A stretch of 64,000 nucleotides of DNA. Source: Macrostomum lignano (lineage: Eukaryota). The stretch lies in the NCBI GenBank assembly GCA_002269645.1, contig NIVC01002232.1, positions 124,001 through 188,000 on the forward strand, read 5' to 3'. Every line of letters starts with the position of its first letter. Within the stretch, counting starts at the first letter, position 1. The notes below the pieces were generated by a model. The model worked only from the letters and a program-made list of their open reading frames with translations. It had not been told where the DNA came from and did no database searches. The position numbers and the translations under genes are program-made. This document shows, one piece after another, positions 13,839-28,800 of this stretch.

Positions 13839-16800
13839 TCACAGTTTGGCAGGCCTGTCGCTGTGCAGCAGCATCAGGTCTCGAATATCCAGCAGGCTGT
13901 CCCTCAGGCTGGCCGCCAGCCGATCCGAGTCGGTTCCGCGCCGGTCGCTATAAGCGGTGAGCGACACCAGGAATTTGTCGTCAAGCTGGTTATAGCAGAC
14001 ACCGTAGCCGTCTGGCACCACCGGCCCGAAACTCATGGTGGCGCCGGTCTGCGACGGCACCTGGCTGGTGCTGAGCTGGAAGTGCTGAGCCCGGCGAAAT
14101 GCCCCGGAGTCGAACAGCGGATGCTGCGGCAGGCCGTGCTCCTTGGCGATGAGGCGCAGGCCCAGCAGGTGACGATCGATGCCCTGGCCAGCCACGGCCT
14201 GGGCGGTGAGCAGCGAGTGGGCCTGGCAGGCCACGCGGAAGGCCTGCGCAGCCGCATGGGATTCGTCCTTGAAGCATGGTGGGGAAATTGAAACTGCCAG
14301 TATTATTGTCATTTTTTAATTCTTATGGCAAGCATATGGGGTTGCTTTATAAGACTTTATTTTATAAGAACTTTTTATGATTGGCAATGCCATTTGTTGA
14401 AGATCGACAGTGCCATTTGTTGAAGATCGACAGTGCCATTTGTTGAAGATCGACAGTGCCATTTGTTGAAGATCGACAGTGCCATTTGTTGAAGATCGGC
14501 AGTGCCATTTGTTAAAGATCGGCAGTGCCATTTGTTGAAGATCGGCAGTGCCATTTTTAAAGATCGGCAGTGCCATTTGTTGAAGATCGGCAGTGCCATT
14601 TGTTGAAGATCGGCAGTGCCATTTTTAAAGATCGGCAGTGCCATTTGTTGAAGATCGGCAGTGCCATTTTTAAAGATCGGCAGTGCCATTTGTTGAAGAT
14701 CGGCAGTGCCATTTTTAAAGATCGGCAGTGCCATTTGTTGAAGATCGGCAGTGCCATTTGTTAAAGATCGGCAGTGCCATTTGTTGAAGATCGGCAGTGC
14801 CATTTGTTAAAGATCGGCAGTGCCATTTGTTGAAGATCGGCAGTGCCATTTTTAAAGATCGGCAGTGCCATTTGTTGAAGATCGGCAGTGCCATTTTTAA
14901 ATATCGACAGTGCCATTTTTTAACATCAGCAGTGCCATTTTGATGATTGAAAAAGCTAGCTTTGATGCTAGCTCTTTGAGCTGTTGTTCTTTGAGAAGTA
15001 GAGAAGTTTTCATGATTCTATAGTCTACTCTCATTTTCAGTCAATACACTATAGATACTCAAAATTTATCACTTCAAAATGGCACTGTCAATCTTCAAAG
15101 ATGGCACTGCTGATTTTCAAAATTTGCAGTAATGACCTCAAGAATGCACTGCTGAACTTCAAATATGGCATTAATGATCCTTAAAAGTGGCACTACAGAT
15201 CCTCAAAAATGGCACTGCTGATCCTCAAAAATGGCACTGCTGATCCTCAAAAATGGCACTGCTGATCTTAAAAAATGGTACTGCTGATCCTCAAAAATGG
15301 CACTGCTGATCCTCAAAAATGGCACTGCTGATACTTAGAAATGGCACTGATGTTAAAATCAATTGACATTCCTAAGTCGATGACAAATGTCGAGTTGCCA
15401 AGAAACAGTCTCCTTGCCTGCCTCACCTGACTCATAAGCTGGCAGAACCTGGCGCTCTCCACGGTGCACGATCGAATCGTGTCAGTTCGACCCAGACGGA
15501 ACCTGCGAAGCGATCCGGACTCGTAGGTGGCGCAGTGCTGCTGGTACAGCCTGAAGTAGGCCAGCTGGAGGGCCACCTGAAATATTTTTGTTAAATAGGC
15601 CGTTTTAAGTATTGTACAATCACTCATCAGTAGTACGATGTTTCTGTAAACTGCAAATCATCCAGTGGGCCGCCGCATCTCCTTAAAAAATCAGGAAAAC
15701 CTCCAGGCAACCCTTCAGTCTTTCAGGCAACCCTTCAAGCAATCCTTCAGGCAACCCTTCAGGGAACCCTTCAGTCCTTCAGGCAACCCTTCAAGCAATC
15801 CTTCAGTCCTTCAGGCAAACCTTCAGGCAACCATTCAGTCCTTCAGGCAACTATTCAGTCTCTCAGATGATTCTCTAGTTCTTCAGGCAACCTTCATTTC
15901 TTCAGGCAACCTTCAGTCCTTCAGGCAACCCTTCAGTCCTTCAGGCAAACCTTCAGACAATCTTTCAGTCCTTCAGGCAAACCTTCAGGCAACCCTTCAG
16001 TTCTTCAGGCAACCTTCAGGCAACCCTTCAGTCTTTCAGACAAACCTTCAGGCAACCTTCAGGCAACCCTTCAGGCAACCTTCAGGCAACCATTCAGTCC
16101 TTCAGGCAACTATTCAGTCTCTCAGATGATTCTCTAGTTCTTCAGGCAACCTTCAGTCCTTCAGGCAACCCTTCAGTCCTTCAGTCAAACCTTCAGGCAA
16201 CCATTCAGTCCTTCAGACAACCTTCTTTTTTCAGGCAACCTTTAGTCCTTCAGAATCAGGCAACCCTTCAGTCCTTCAGGCAACTCTAAAGTGGACAAAA
16301 ACTAGTCATGAAGGATTGCCCTGAAATAAATAAAGACCAATGACTCGTTACGTCACCCACTACTGCGATACTCAAACGAACCTGAAAGTACGCATCGGGA
16401 CTCAGGCGGCACTGATTTTTAACAAACAATTTTCCGTAAGCGTCAAACTCCAAGCAGGTGATCTGCAGGTTGTCAATATGAGACTGCAGCGCGGCGTCGG
16501 CTTCGGCCAGGTCTTTATTAAAGCTGGCGTAGGGCTTGAAGTCCAACAGCTGGCAGGGGATGTCGGGCAAGCCATCCGGCAGGTCGAGGTCACTGGCGGC
16601 GCCGGATGCCAGCCGGTCGAGCAGGTTGTCGAATATTCGAATAGCGGCTACGCCTTCGGCCGGCGAGTGCTCGTAGTGGAAACCGAACGCGCCGTCCTCG
16701 CAAATTATCAACTTCGGGGGTTTGGGTTGGGGTTTAATAGGCATGTTGCAAATTTATTAAACGCAAAATAATTCAGAATTGAACAGAATTAAAGAAGTAG

Positions 16801-19800
16801 ATTGACAGTGCAAAGTGGACAGTGGAACAAAGACCTATTCAGAATCTAAAAGAATAACAGTGGAACAAAGACCTATTCAGAATCTAAAAGAATAACAGTG
16901 GAACAAAGACCTATTCAGAATCTAAAAGAATAACAGTGGAACAAAGACCTATTCAGAATCTAAAAGAATAACAGTGGAACAAAGACCTATTCAGAATCTA
17001 AAAGAATAACAGTGGAACAAAGACCTATTCAGAATCTAAAAGAATAACAGTGGAACAAAGACCTATTCAGAATCTAAAAGAATAACAGTGGAACAAAGAC
17101 CTATTCAGAATCTAAAAGAATAACTGTGGAACAAAGACCTATTCAGAATCTAAAAGAATAACTGTGGAACAAAGACCTATTCAGAATCTAAAAGAATAAC
17201 AGTGGAACAAAGACCTATTCAGAATCTAAAAGAATAACTGTGGAACAAAGATCTATTCAGAATCTAAAAGAATAACAGTGGAACAAAGACCTATTCAGAA
17301 TCTAAAAGAATAACTGTGGAACAAAGACCTATTCAGAATTTGAAGAAAAGGCAGTGTAACAAAGACTTGCCAAGTCTGCATACTAACAACAAAGACTCAA
17401 TTCTCACAAGCCGCTCACCTGCAGAGTCTTATCAAAGAATCTATTGGCACTATGGCCCGAGCCGAAGCCCCATCCGTGCAGCATGTTGCCGCACACTTCG
17501 GCGTCCCGCTCAGCCCTGGTGGCCCTCGCCCACTCCTGGCCCTGCAGCAGCGGCCGGTCGAGGCACAGCAGAAATGCCGAACGCTCAATCTGGCGCATTG
17601 CGCTGGCGTTGTCCGGGTGAGCCGCCACCAGCTGCGCCTTGGCGTCCGCCCAGCGGTCCCGGTGCATGGAGGACAGCAGGCCGACGCCACCGTTGGGGAT
17701 GGAGAATCGGCGCTCGGAGTGGCCTTCGACAATGTCCACCTGGGCGGAGGCGGGGGAGGAACAGCAGGTGCGTGTGTGCTGCTGCTTGACAGTAGCTGTG
17801 CAGGTGTCTGACAGTAGCTGTGCAGGTGTCTGACAGTAGCTGTGCAGGTGTCTGACAGTAGCTGTGCAGGTGTCTGACAGTAGCTGTGCAGGTGTCTGAC
17901 AGTAGCTGTGCAGGTGTCTGACAGTAGCTATGCAGGTGTCTGACAGTAGCTATGCAGGTGTCTGACAGTAGCTGTGCAGGTGTCTGACAGTAGCTGTGCA
18001 GGTGTCTGACAGTAGCTGTGCAGGTGTCTGACAGTAGCTATGCAGGTGTCTGACAGTAGCTGTGCAGGTGTCTGACAGTAGCTATGCAGGTGTCTGACAG
18101 TAGCTATGCAGGTGTCTGACAGTAGCTGTGCAGGTGTCTGACAGTAGCTATGCAGGTGTCTGACAGTAGCTATGCAGGTGTCTGACAGTAGCTATGCAGG
18201 TGTCTGACAGTAGCTATGCAGGTGTCTGACAGTAGCTATGCAGGTGTCTGACAGTAGCTATGCAGGTGTCTGACAGTAGCTATGTAGGCGTCTGACAGTA
18301 ACTATGTAGGTGCCTGACAGTAGCTATGCAGGTGTCTGACAGTAGCTATGTAGGTGTCTGACAGTAGCTGTAGGCAGTAACTATGTAGGTGCCTGACAGT
18401 AGCTGTGAGGATGTCTGAATAAAGGCAGCTCCTACCAGTTGAGCCAACACATCTGGCAGCGGCAGGGGTTCCCACAGGCCTCGCTGAGCATCCTCGGGTC
18501 TGAGCAGCTGCACCCTATAGAACTGGTTCTCGTAGGCGACCACCATGTAGTCGCTGGGCCGTCCATCCCATACGAGCTGGGCGTCCCGGACAGGCTGGGC
18601 CAGACGGCAGGTGCCCAGCACACCATAATACTGGCTCATATCCAGCGGCGCGTTCCGCAGCCGTTCAACGGGAAGGCTGCCCTCTGCCAGGAGGCGTTGA
18701 AAGTCCACCAAGCCGAGCGCGGCCTCGGCGCAGAAGGCCAGCCAGTCCGCCCGGCTGCAGAAGCGCTGGCGGGGCAGCCGGACTCCCGGATTCACGTTGA
18801 TGACGGAGGACTCTCGGAAACCCAGGTAGGCAGTGTTCACCCACCAGTCTGTGAGCTGTTGGGAGGTTGGGGTTCGAAGCTTAGGGAATTATTGAGACCT
18901 ACCCAGTGGGGAAAAAAATCGAGCGCACTGTGGGCGTAGTATGCCTAAGGTACGCCAGGGATGCGCTCTGAAAAATATTAAAAGGTTATTTTTTCTAGTC
19001 AAGCTATGTGGATTATCATCAAAACTTAATTTTCAGGATGTTTAAACAATAATAAAAGAAAAGAAACCATATTTAAATGTTGCTCAGCTTAGTACGCTTC
19101 ACAATCCTTTGGGCGCACTGTTTGGGCGACTGTGCTAATTTATTGAAATTATTTGTGAAAATGAAAGCCAATTGTTTAACACTGCACACATAGCAATATT
19201 TTTATCATATTAACGTCCTTTGTTTATTATTAACACATGAAAAGCAATTATTTTAGTAACATAGTGCATGCATGATTTTATACTGAAATACAAAAAAATT
19301 GTTGCAGAAAATCTGCCTCGTTTTTTTCTTCAAGTGTCTACTTATAGTAGAGCAGCAATGATAGAAAATTATTTTGCCTCGTAGTGTTACTGCGTCACAT
19401 CGTACAGCTGACTCAGACTGATGCTAATCGGGTGCTCATTTCACACATAGGTCACACTGGTCTTAAGCTAATCGATTTTCAGACTTGATTTATAAATATT
19501 GACCAGTGTGAATAAATTCCGGTACCATTTTCAAAGTTATGCCAGTCGAATCACATTTTTCAATATACAAGCACTTTAACCATTACCCTCATATTTAGAG
19601 GAGACTGAAGAGGAGAAAGGAAAGAGGAAAGAGGAGAGAGAGATGAGAGGAGAGAGGAGAGCTGAGAAGAGTTATAAACATTGAGCTGGCCGGATTGCTA
19701 TTGTGAAGTTTCACAAGCCCTCGGACCGGAGTTTGCCTACTCCTGGCAATTGTCGGAAACCTCGAATATTGGACAGGAAGCATTTCAAGTTCCAACCTCT

Positions 19801-22800
19801 CCCCAATTTTAGCTTGAACTGTATCTCTAGTTATACTCATGCATGTCTAATTTACTCTCATTGAATCTGACTTATTAATGTAAATGTCAAAAATATCAGG
19901 GTAAAGAGGTGGATTTATTGGGGTTGGGACTCCCAAAAATACTTTGCTAGAACATATTGCGCCCTCTAAACTTGATTTTTCGCCCCTACACGCACTTGTA
20001 ATTGCGCCCCCTAGCTTAAAAAATGGCGCCCCTCATACTCATGTTGGTGCCCCAGACTTGAACCGCCCCCCCCCCTAAATTGCAGCTAAAGTGCATGTGA
20101 AGTGCATTTATCGATTGCACACTTGCCAATTTAATTTATACTCTTTAATGACTCCATGTTGAATGCTTTGCAGGTAATCCTGTCGGACGATGTCGAACCG
20201 AGCTCCATTCGGTTCGTACGTGAGCTGAAGACACGGAAGAAGCGACTACGCGACGTGCTAGCTCTCGTCCAACCCCCGAGTCTTTACGGAGGCGGATTTG
20301 AGAAATTCACGTCGTCAGTATCAGTCGCAGGTTAGTACTGCCAAAAGAAAATATGTCGTGTCGTTCGTAGTGACTTTTAGGGGATTGGATTCTAACCTTA
20401 TCCATCCACCCCGCCGTCTATCGACAGAATGTTCCCATCGGCTCTGCATCCGATTCCGACGGGGTTTTTTTGGAGCCTCCTGTGCATTCACCGGAGCGTC
20501 CATCGGTCGCTGCGTGCCCTGGACAGGACGTCCCAGCAACAGAAGCCCAGTTGCTCGCCGACTCCGAAGGAATTCACTGCGCAGCAGATGCAGTGGAGCC
20601 CTCCAGCATCCCGAAGAGCACAAGTACCGTTGATGTAGCGCAAGAGGCGACACTTGAGGTGTCGGATTTGTCAGATGCGGCATGTGAGGTATTGGAGGAT
20701 GCGGCACCAGAGACGCTGGGAACGGCCTTGAAGTCGCGGGATGCGACAAGCGCGGGAAGTGACACGCCGGATGCAGCCCCGAAAGCGCTTTTAACAATTC
20801 CGACGGGGTCAGCAGGAGCAAGCGATCAATGGCCGGACAATATTAAAAGCCTAGAGCACCAACTGCGAGAAGCCGCTGGTGGCCCGCTTTGTAACGCGCA
20901 AGGGCTTCTTTTCGTCATGCTGACGACGCTTCGGGAGCTCTCCGTGCGCAACACGCGATTACAGCAGCACCAAGCCCAGATGTCGCAGGAACTGCATGGT
21001 GTCCGGGCAGAGGTCGAGCGCTTATCAGCACTGCTCAATCCTGAAATGGCTGAACTGAATTCCACGTTCTGGCCAATCAGCTCCTGGAATGAGTACATCA
21101 ATTTTGCTACCGCTTTGCCGTCTGAGCACCTGACATCTTTGGTGAGTTTTCTAGTTCATTAGTATAGCAAATTTATGAAGCCGAGTGGTGAAATCACCAG
21201 AATCATCAGAATTACTCAGGGATTTAGACGTCTGCCGCTTTCTCCTCTCATCCTCCCTCTCTCCTCCGCCCTCTCCTCCCTTCTCTCCTCCAATTTTCCT
21301 TTATGACATTCCTGTGCTGCTCAGAAATACTCAGGGATTTAGATAGAAATCAAATAGTCATCCACCGTCTCATCTCATTCAGAGGCGCCAATTGCATCTT
21401 TGCCGGCGGCCACGGTGGCAAGACTCACTACGTGCAATGTTGGACCTCACACTGACGCCCGAACTTCAAGCCGCCGTGAACTTTATTGGTACTGGCATGC
21501 AAGACAGGGCTCGAGCTGGCGGCCTTCTGCGAGTGCAGCTGCAGCTTCAGCAGCGCTGACGGCTAGCCCGAGACCTCCCTCAGCCGCTGCAGCGACAACA
21601 CCATCAGCTGTTTCTGCAACGTCAGCGCGCCGGCAGTCGGCAAGTGCAGCGCCGTCGCCCTCGGGTACCTGGCGGCCTTCTGCGAGTGCAGCAGCAGCTT
21701 CAGCAGCGCTGATGGCTAGCCCGAGACCGCGACCTCTCTCAACCGCTGCACCAACATCGCTATCGGCTGCTTCTGCAATGTCAGCGCGCCGGCAGGCCAC
21801 GAGTACAGCACCTGCTGCGGCGCCGCTTACAACGCTCTCGGGTAGCGGACAACCTGCCTCAGCCGGTTGTCGAGAGCGCCGGTACGCAGCGCTAGACGAC
21901 ACAGACCGGGTCAGCAGCCGCTGCAGGCGCAGTCGGTCTTAATATCCCGCCTGGACTTTGGTCCGCTTATTTGTCCGATTCCCATCCGATTTTTGACCGA
22001 TTTCCGTACGAAATTCAGAAGCGGGCGAAATTCACCCGGTTTTCGTCCGATTTCGACGTCGTACGAAGCTGCGGACCAAATATCGGGCGAATCATCCGCT
22101 TCTTTTTGATGTTTCGTCCGAATTTCATTCGATTTCTCCTCCGCTTTCATTCCAGGCCAAAAGCGGACGAGAAAGTGGACGAGAAAGCGGATGAATTTCG
22201 GATGAGGGAAAAATTTGTCCGATCTGTCGTCCGGTTTTTTATCCGACTGTTTGTCCGCTCCAATTTCAGAAAAATGCGTGCAGGCCGATACTTTGTGAAC
22301 TGTATAAATTTTTTCGCTCTTGTTTGCGTTCGGTACTGTATTCAGCGTTGGCCTAAGCCACGTTTTTTTAAAACGCTTCGTTATTGCAATTACTTCAACT
22401 GTACCATTTTGTGCTCACTTATGACACTATTGTTAAATAATAACTGAACCAATTCTGCTATGCAAGTTGCAGCCTTGACCTTCCGATCCTTATTTCAACA
22501 GCCTTAAATAATCTTAAAATCAGTATATACATAGGTGCCGTCATTTAATATTAGTAAGTAGTAATAATTATTAATGGGTAGTTATTATTGGTAGTATTAA
22601 TTATAGTATAGTATAGCTTAGAATAGTATTATAGTTTAGCTGAGCATAACATAGTATAGTATTAGTATAGTGTAGCTTAGTATCAGTAAGCTAGGTGAAT
22701 TCAGCTTCGTGTGTCACTCAATCTTACAGCATAAACAATGGAGAATGACGAAGATGACGCTAAGTTTCGTCGTGCACAGTTCATGAAGCGCTATCGCGTA

Positions 22801-25800
22801 CGCGCGGAAGATTCAAGACCGCGCTCGGCGACGATCCCACTCACGTTCTCCGCTCCGAGTTGGGCCACCAGGCGAACAATCGGGTTCTTCTGTTGCTTGC
22901 GTACCACCGGTTGAGGACAATGACGCCAACAGTAATGCGGCTGCCAATGGCAAACATGGTTCTGCCGGAACGTCATGTCCAGGTGGGACTTTTAACGTTT
23001 TGTGGTTTTCTTTTATTTGCTAAGCGTGTCGGGTCGTGACTTGCAAGCCAGATTTCGCAATCTTCGTTATATAACATTATCGCGTTAGCCGGTCTATTTT
23101 GCTTTTACCACAAGACGACTCTTTATGATGCATTGTTGCCCCCAACTGTGTCACATATTAGGTCCCACTGGCAGCGCTTCATCCAGTCAGTCTGGCGAGG
23201 ACGCCGCTGCTCAGTCAGCTGACGAGGATGCAGCCAATCAATCAGCTGACGAGGATGCCGCTGCTCAATCATCTGACGAGGATGCCGCTGCTCAATCATC
23301 TGACGAGGATGCCGCTGCTCAATCATCTGACGAGGATGCCGCTGCTCAATCATCTGACGAGGATGCCGCTGCTCAATCATCTGACGAGGATGCCGCTGCT
23401 CAATCATCTGACGAGGATGCCGCTGCTCACATCTGTTTGCAGTCGTCCGGTGAGGACGCCGCCGACAATGATGACGATAATGAGGGTGACGACGAACCGC
23501 AGCTGCAAGACGAAGTACTGCAGCAGAGATGGCATGAAGCGTTGCCTGTCTCGTTCGGCGAAGCAATGGTCGAAATCCATCTCTGTGCCAGGGATCTGCG
23601 CCTTCCACGGGGCGGCACTACCAGAATTTTGGCAATGCTGCGCCGTCTTGTGCCGAACAATATTCTCCCACGGAAAAGCGCTTCTGAATGCATCCAGATC
23701 GTCACAGTCGATTTTGGGCACTGCCTCGTGTCACACGGTATGCAATAACTGTCACCGTAGCAACCGTGGTCGGTGCGATCCAAATGAATCGCTTTGCGAA
23801 CACTGTAATTCAAATAAGGTGAATAACTTTTGGACATTCAACATCCGACGACAGATCCAAACGCTAGCTAGCTCCTGTGGCCTTATGGAGAATGTCGTCT
23901 TCCCTGCTGACCAGATCGTCGATCCTGGCGTTGTCCACTTTGTGAATGGGGACCTGTATAGGTGTTTCCTCGAAACCATTGATCCTCAAAGTCGCAGTGA
24001 CCTGACATACACGTTCTGCGCCGACGGTTTCTCTCTTTTCTCCACTAGCGGTGTTGAAATGTGCCCAGTGTATCTGTGTGTAAACGAAGTTCACGACAGG
24101 CTGAAGTCGCGATTCGTGATCATATGCGGTGTCTGGGCGGGCAAGCAGAAGGTGCATCCGAGGGCTTTTCTACCCATCGTCGTTGACGAGCTAACATTGC
24201 TCCGAACTCGTGGACTCTCAATTACTGATGGTCATGGCGTGCGACATCACATTCGTCTGCACCCAGTACTAGGTCTTTTTGACGCGCCAGCTCGAGCGGA
24301 TGCGTTGTGTATGAAGCGCTTTTCTGCCAAATTCGGATGTGATAAGTGCTACATTCAATCAGCGCTACACCCTTCCGGATTCGGCCGCATATTCAAAGTG
24401 GAAATTACTCCAGCTATGCTGCATGCGGCAGCTCGGCTTGGATGCGTGCAAACGACTGTCCGCTCGATGAATGATACACACACCCTGGCGGAGTACCACG
24501 ACCGACACGTTCACCAGCCCAACGCAGACACTCTAGGTGTTCGTGGGCACTCTCCACTAGGACGGTTAGCTGGATTCGACTTTATCAGAGGGACCACGCC
24601 ATGCTACTTGCATCAGCTTGAGGCGGGCCTGTTTAGGAGAATGCTGTTCCAGATGCTTCTTGTCCAGCATGAGAAACCCGATCGCGGCCATAGCAACTGT
24701 CCCGACTTGCATACTCGGTCAGCCGAGATAGACGAGCGTCTGCTGAGGATCAGAGTACCGCGGTGTGTGCAGCGCCATACTGTCCGGCCCGTGAGGGAAC
24801 TGCGGCACCGGCGTGGTCACGAGTTGGAGATGTGGCTGCTCATTTACGCCCCGCTCGTTTTGCAAGGCATTCTCGCTGACTCACACTATCAGCACCTGTG
24901 CATCCTATCTGCTTGTGTCTTCTGGATGAGCAGGGAAGGGTCACCGATGAGCGAGCTGCAGCACGTCGAGGTCTCGCTGCGACATTTTCACGCCAATCTA
25001 GTTCGGCTGTACTAAGCGAGGGCTTTGACCTACAATGCGCACCAGGTGTGCGTGCATATGCTGCCGCATGTGTCTCTGGCTGGTCCACTGCACAAGCAGT
25101 CTGCCGGACTTTTTGAGTCCATGCATACCAAGCTTCGGAGACTTCTTCACGGCTCACGCCGAACGGATGTGAAACTGGTCGGTGCAGTGGAGCGGTGCTT
25201 CGCCACAATTCAATCGGGAGCGCGACTTCGGGTCAACGAGGCCCCACAGCCGGTTGCCATGCGCCGTACAGAATCCACTGTCATAAATGGCATTCTGCTC
25301 CTGCGTCCCGCTAGTATGGTGAACGGCTGGCGCAGTGTCACCTTGCCATCTGGTTGGACTTTTGAAGTCTTTAAACTGACGGGTGCAGATCAGGCAGGGC
25401 ACGTGGATCAGCGCCGAATTCCATCTGCGTTTGTTGCTGTTGTGGGCTGTCAACCTACAGTGTTCAGGTTTGCCCGCGTTCAAAATCTGCAACTCGTCGG
25501 CCAGGAGGTCATCGTCGGACTTGCTAGTTTGCCTGTCCTTCATTCGGACTGGAATCCGTTGGAAGCGCTGGCTGCTGTTCCCGCGACTTCGCCGAATCGC
25601 GGTTGCTCCTTCGCTCACATCCGGCAGCTGGCAGCCGATCCATTTGGAAACCTAGGTGACGAATTTCAGGTCCCTGTGACCGACATTCTCGGCGCATGTG
25701 TTTTGACGGACACGCATATTGCCTTGATGCCGCATCCGCAGACTTGTTTTGCTTAGGCACCTGTCTGCATGCATTATTTATGCTCCTACGTCTTGCAGCA

Positions 25801-28800
25801 TATGCTTCCAAACATACTTGCTATTGTCACATGGTCATGCTTATGCTACTTACATGCTTACATTAGAAATATGTGCTATGTTTTTCTTCTTCGCTGATGT
25901 CACTCGTTTTTTATAACTCTGGCATCTCATAAATTGATCCACTGTAATACCTTGTATCATAAATTCACACTTTTACGCCGGTGCGTGACTGGCGACTGCG
26001 TCGGCTGCTTCCAGCTGCTGTTAATGCGAGAATTGTTTAGCACGAGCACGAGAATCGCGCAATAAGGACTGCTATAAATTATATATTTGTGCTGACATAA
26101 GTACACAGATGAGGTGGAATGATTAAACGCTTTCCCCACTTAAATTGCTAATACCTAGAACCACACGTTGCTGCTTCGTTGTTTTCCTTACGAATATCGT
26201 CTCAGGCTATAATGGAAGGGTTTTATACGCCTCGTGACGTCATGACAACTACTTCCACTACTTCTATGTTCATTGATTTTCAGCAAGCATTCATGGAGAA
26301 GCGTCCAAGACCTGCAAAGTGGCTTCGGAAGGAACAACCGATTGAGGAGCGCTGGCTGCGCGAAATGCGCGCCAGTGTAGTAGCGAAACAAGCTGCTGTC
26401 TCCGCTGACGCTGTTCGGACTAATGTCGAATATTCCGCTGGTGCAGGTGAACCGGAAATGGAAGCGCAGTCGGAAAATCTATTCGCCTTCTACGGCAACC
26501 TGAGTCCGGCCAGTAGGGCCCATATTGCGGCTGAGCAGAACTATTTCTTCGACGTCGGAGCCTCCGAACCAGCTTCGACTCTAGAGACTGCAGAATTACG
26601 TTCGAGCACTTGCATAAATGAGGCTCATGATGAAAGAGCCCGACTGCACGAGAAATGTGTTCGGGCGCTACAGCGCGCAGAAGTTGCCGTGCAGGTAAGA
26701 ATTTATGCACGTATTGGTGGGAGGGTTACTTAGTAGAGAAAATCGGGACTGTTAACTTCAGCATGTCTTTATTTATACCATCTGTAGGAATACCGCGAAG
26801 CAATGGATGAGCTCGAGACTTTCGATCTTCGCAGTCAAGGCGAGTCAGTCTCTGTGTGCTGTACAGGCAGTTCTCTGTTTGCTAACTTCGACCCCGACTC
26901 CAATAGCCGCTCGCCATCACCTGTCTTCAACAAGACTGTAAATGTCTGCTCGTACCGCGCTTACGTAGAGGGCCGGCACTGGTCGGAAGATGGAATGAAT
27001 GGCCTTCTTGCCGCAGCCGCGGAGGAAACTGAGGGAACAATATATTCGATGTAGCCCGTTTCTCCTTACAATTATATCCAGAATATATGTACCTGAAAAT
27101 GGGATTCTGCAAATCCTGAAAATTAGTGATAACTAATTTCCCCCCGTCCCCATCGATCGCGGATCAGCATTGAAATCGGTTAAAGCATTTAACACACATT
27201 TCCACAGCTTCTATATATTTGTCCATGTACTGGCGGTATAACCGCGATGAACAATGTCATTGATCGGCGAATAATAAAATATAATTCCTCAAGCTTCCAC
27301 TTTCTGCACTTTCCGTTCCTCTTTTTATTTGCTTCATTTCTTAGTGGCTAAATGATGAATAGTATGAGCTACTTAGAAAGTATTTTGCTAATTACATATA
27401 GGATTCCTCGAAACACCTTCATTTGCAGCCCGTGCAGCGCAATGACGTCCAAAGCTTCTGGCAAGGCATCCGTGAAGACAGCTACGTCGGAATCGTCTAC
27501 AGAAAAAAGAAAGCGCAAGGCTTCCAACCATTGTCAGCAGCCTGCTAAACCACACAGCAAGAAGCCATCCAAGAAAAGTAAGTCGCATTCCTGCGACTCG
27601 GTTGCAGCGCCTCGAGGTTCGAAACAGTTGAATCCAACTGCTGTCTCGGCGCCTCCAACTGCTGTCTCGGCGCCTCCTGCTGCTGTCTCGGCGCCTCCTG
27701 CTGCTGTCTCGGCGCCTCCTGCTGCTGTCTCGGCGCCTCCTGCTGCTGTCTCGGCGCCTCCTGCTGCTGTCTCGGCGCCTTCAACTGCTGCAGCCCCGAC
27801 TGAAATTGCAGTGTCGCTCGAGGCTGAAAACGCTGATAACGATCAGGAAATTGGTGAAATGCAGGGCTACAAAATGGAGGACAAAGAGCGTTTTTTTGTG
27901 TTTCAATACAAACACTTTCACATGCGTACAGAGGTTGTCTCCACATCAAGTAGTACTGCGCCGCTCATTGTGTCTCGTCGACGTGGAGTGATTGGGCGAA
28001 TCGCGATTGGCGAAGAAGTCCTGATCGTAACCGCAAAAACAAATCGCCAGAAGGCTAAGCGCTGGTTTGGCACCTTCATCAAGGGGCCATTCCAGAGGAA
28101 GGCCGAGGCTACCGGCGAGGCGGCCATGACAAACGTTCATGCCACACCAGTTGACCTGCCTAGAGCGTGCGCCTCATGCCACAGCCTTCTCATAGAGCTT
28201 CAGCGGAGCTCGAGCCTAGTAGAAACACTGCGTGAGAATCGTTCCCGTATATAACTACCAGTATACTCGCATAAATCGTGATCGCAAAGATGTTACATAT
28301 TGCCTCGGTAATAATGCGAATGCGCTTTTTCACAATTATATTGCACAGGTACTGAACTCCGCAAGAAGGCGTCATTGGAGCAGACTTTCAACAGCCAACT
28401 GGACGCCCTAAAGGAGCGAAATAAAGTACTGACGAAGATGGAGTCGTCACTTCTCCGCGAACTCCAAGCAGAGCAGCGGCGCGCTGCCGCACTGGAGCAC
28501 AGAGCGACGCAGTGCAACGCCTTACTTACGCAAGCCTCGACCATGCTCTGTGGCAACGTGTCGGCAGCGACAGTCGTCCTGTCCGACGAACATTCAGAGG
28601 AAGAAGCCGTCCACGCCGAGCAGCGTCAGGATAGCGAGGCAGACTTTGCAGTACAAGTCGACACGTGCTTGTCAGCTGCACAGACACGTGCATTGCTCAA
28701 TGTGTGTGCGAAAAGCTCCGCAGCGGGTGAAGCGTCGTCTTCCGACTCCTCTTTGAAAGTGCCGCTGTCGGAAAAGCAGCCGTACGTCCTTGTCAAACCA

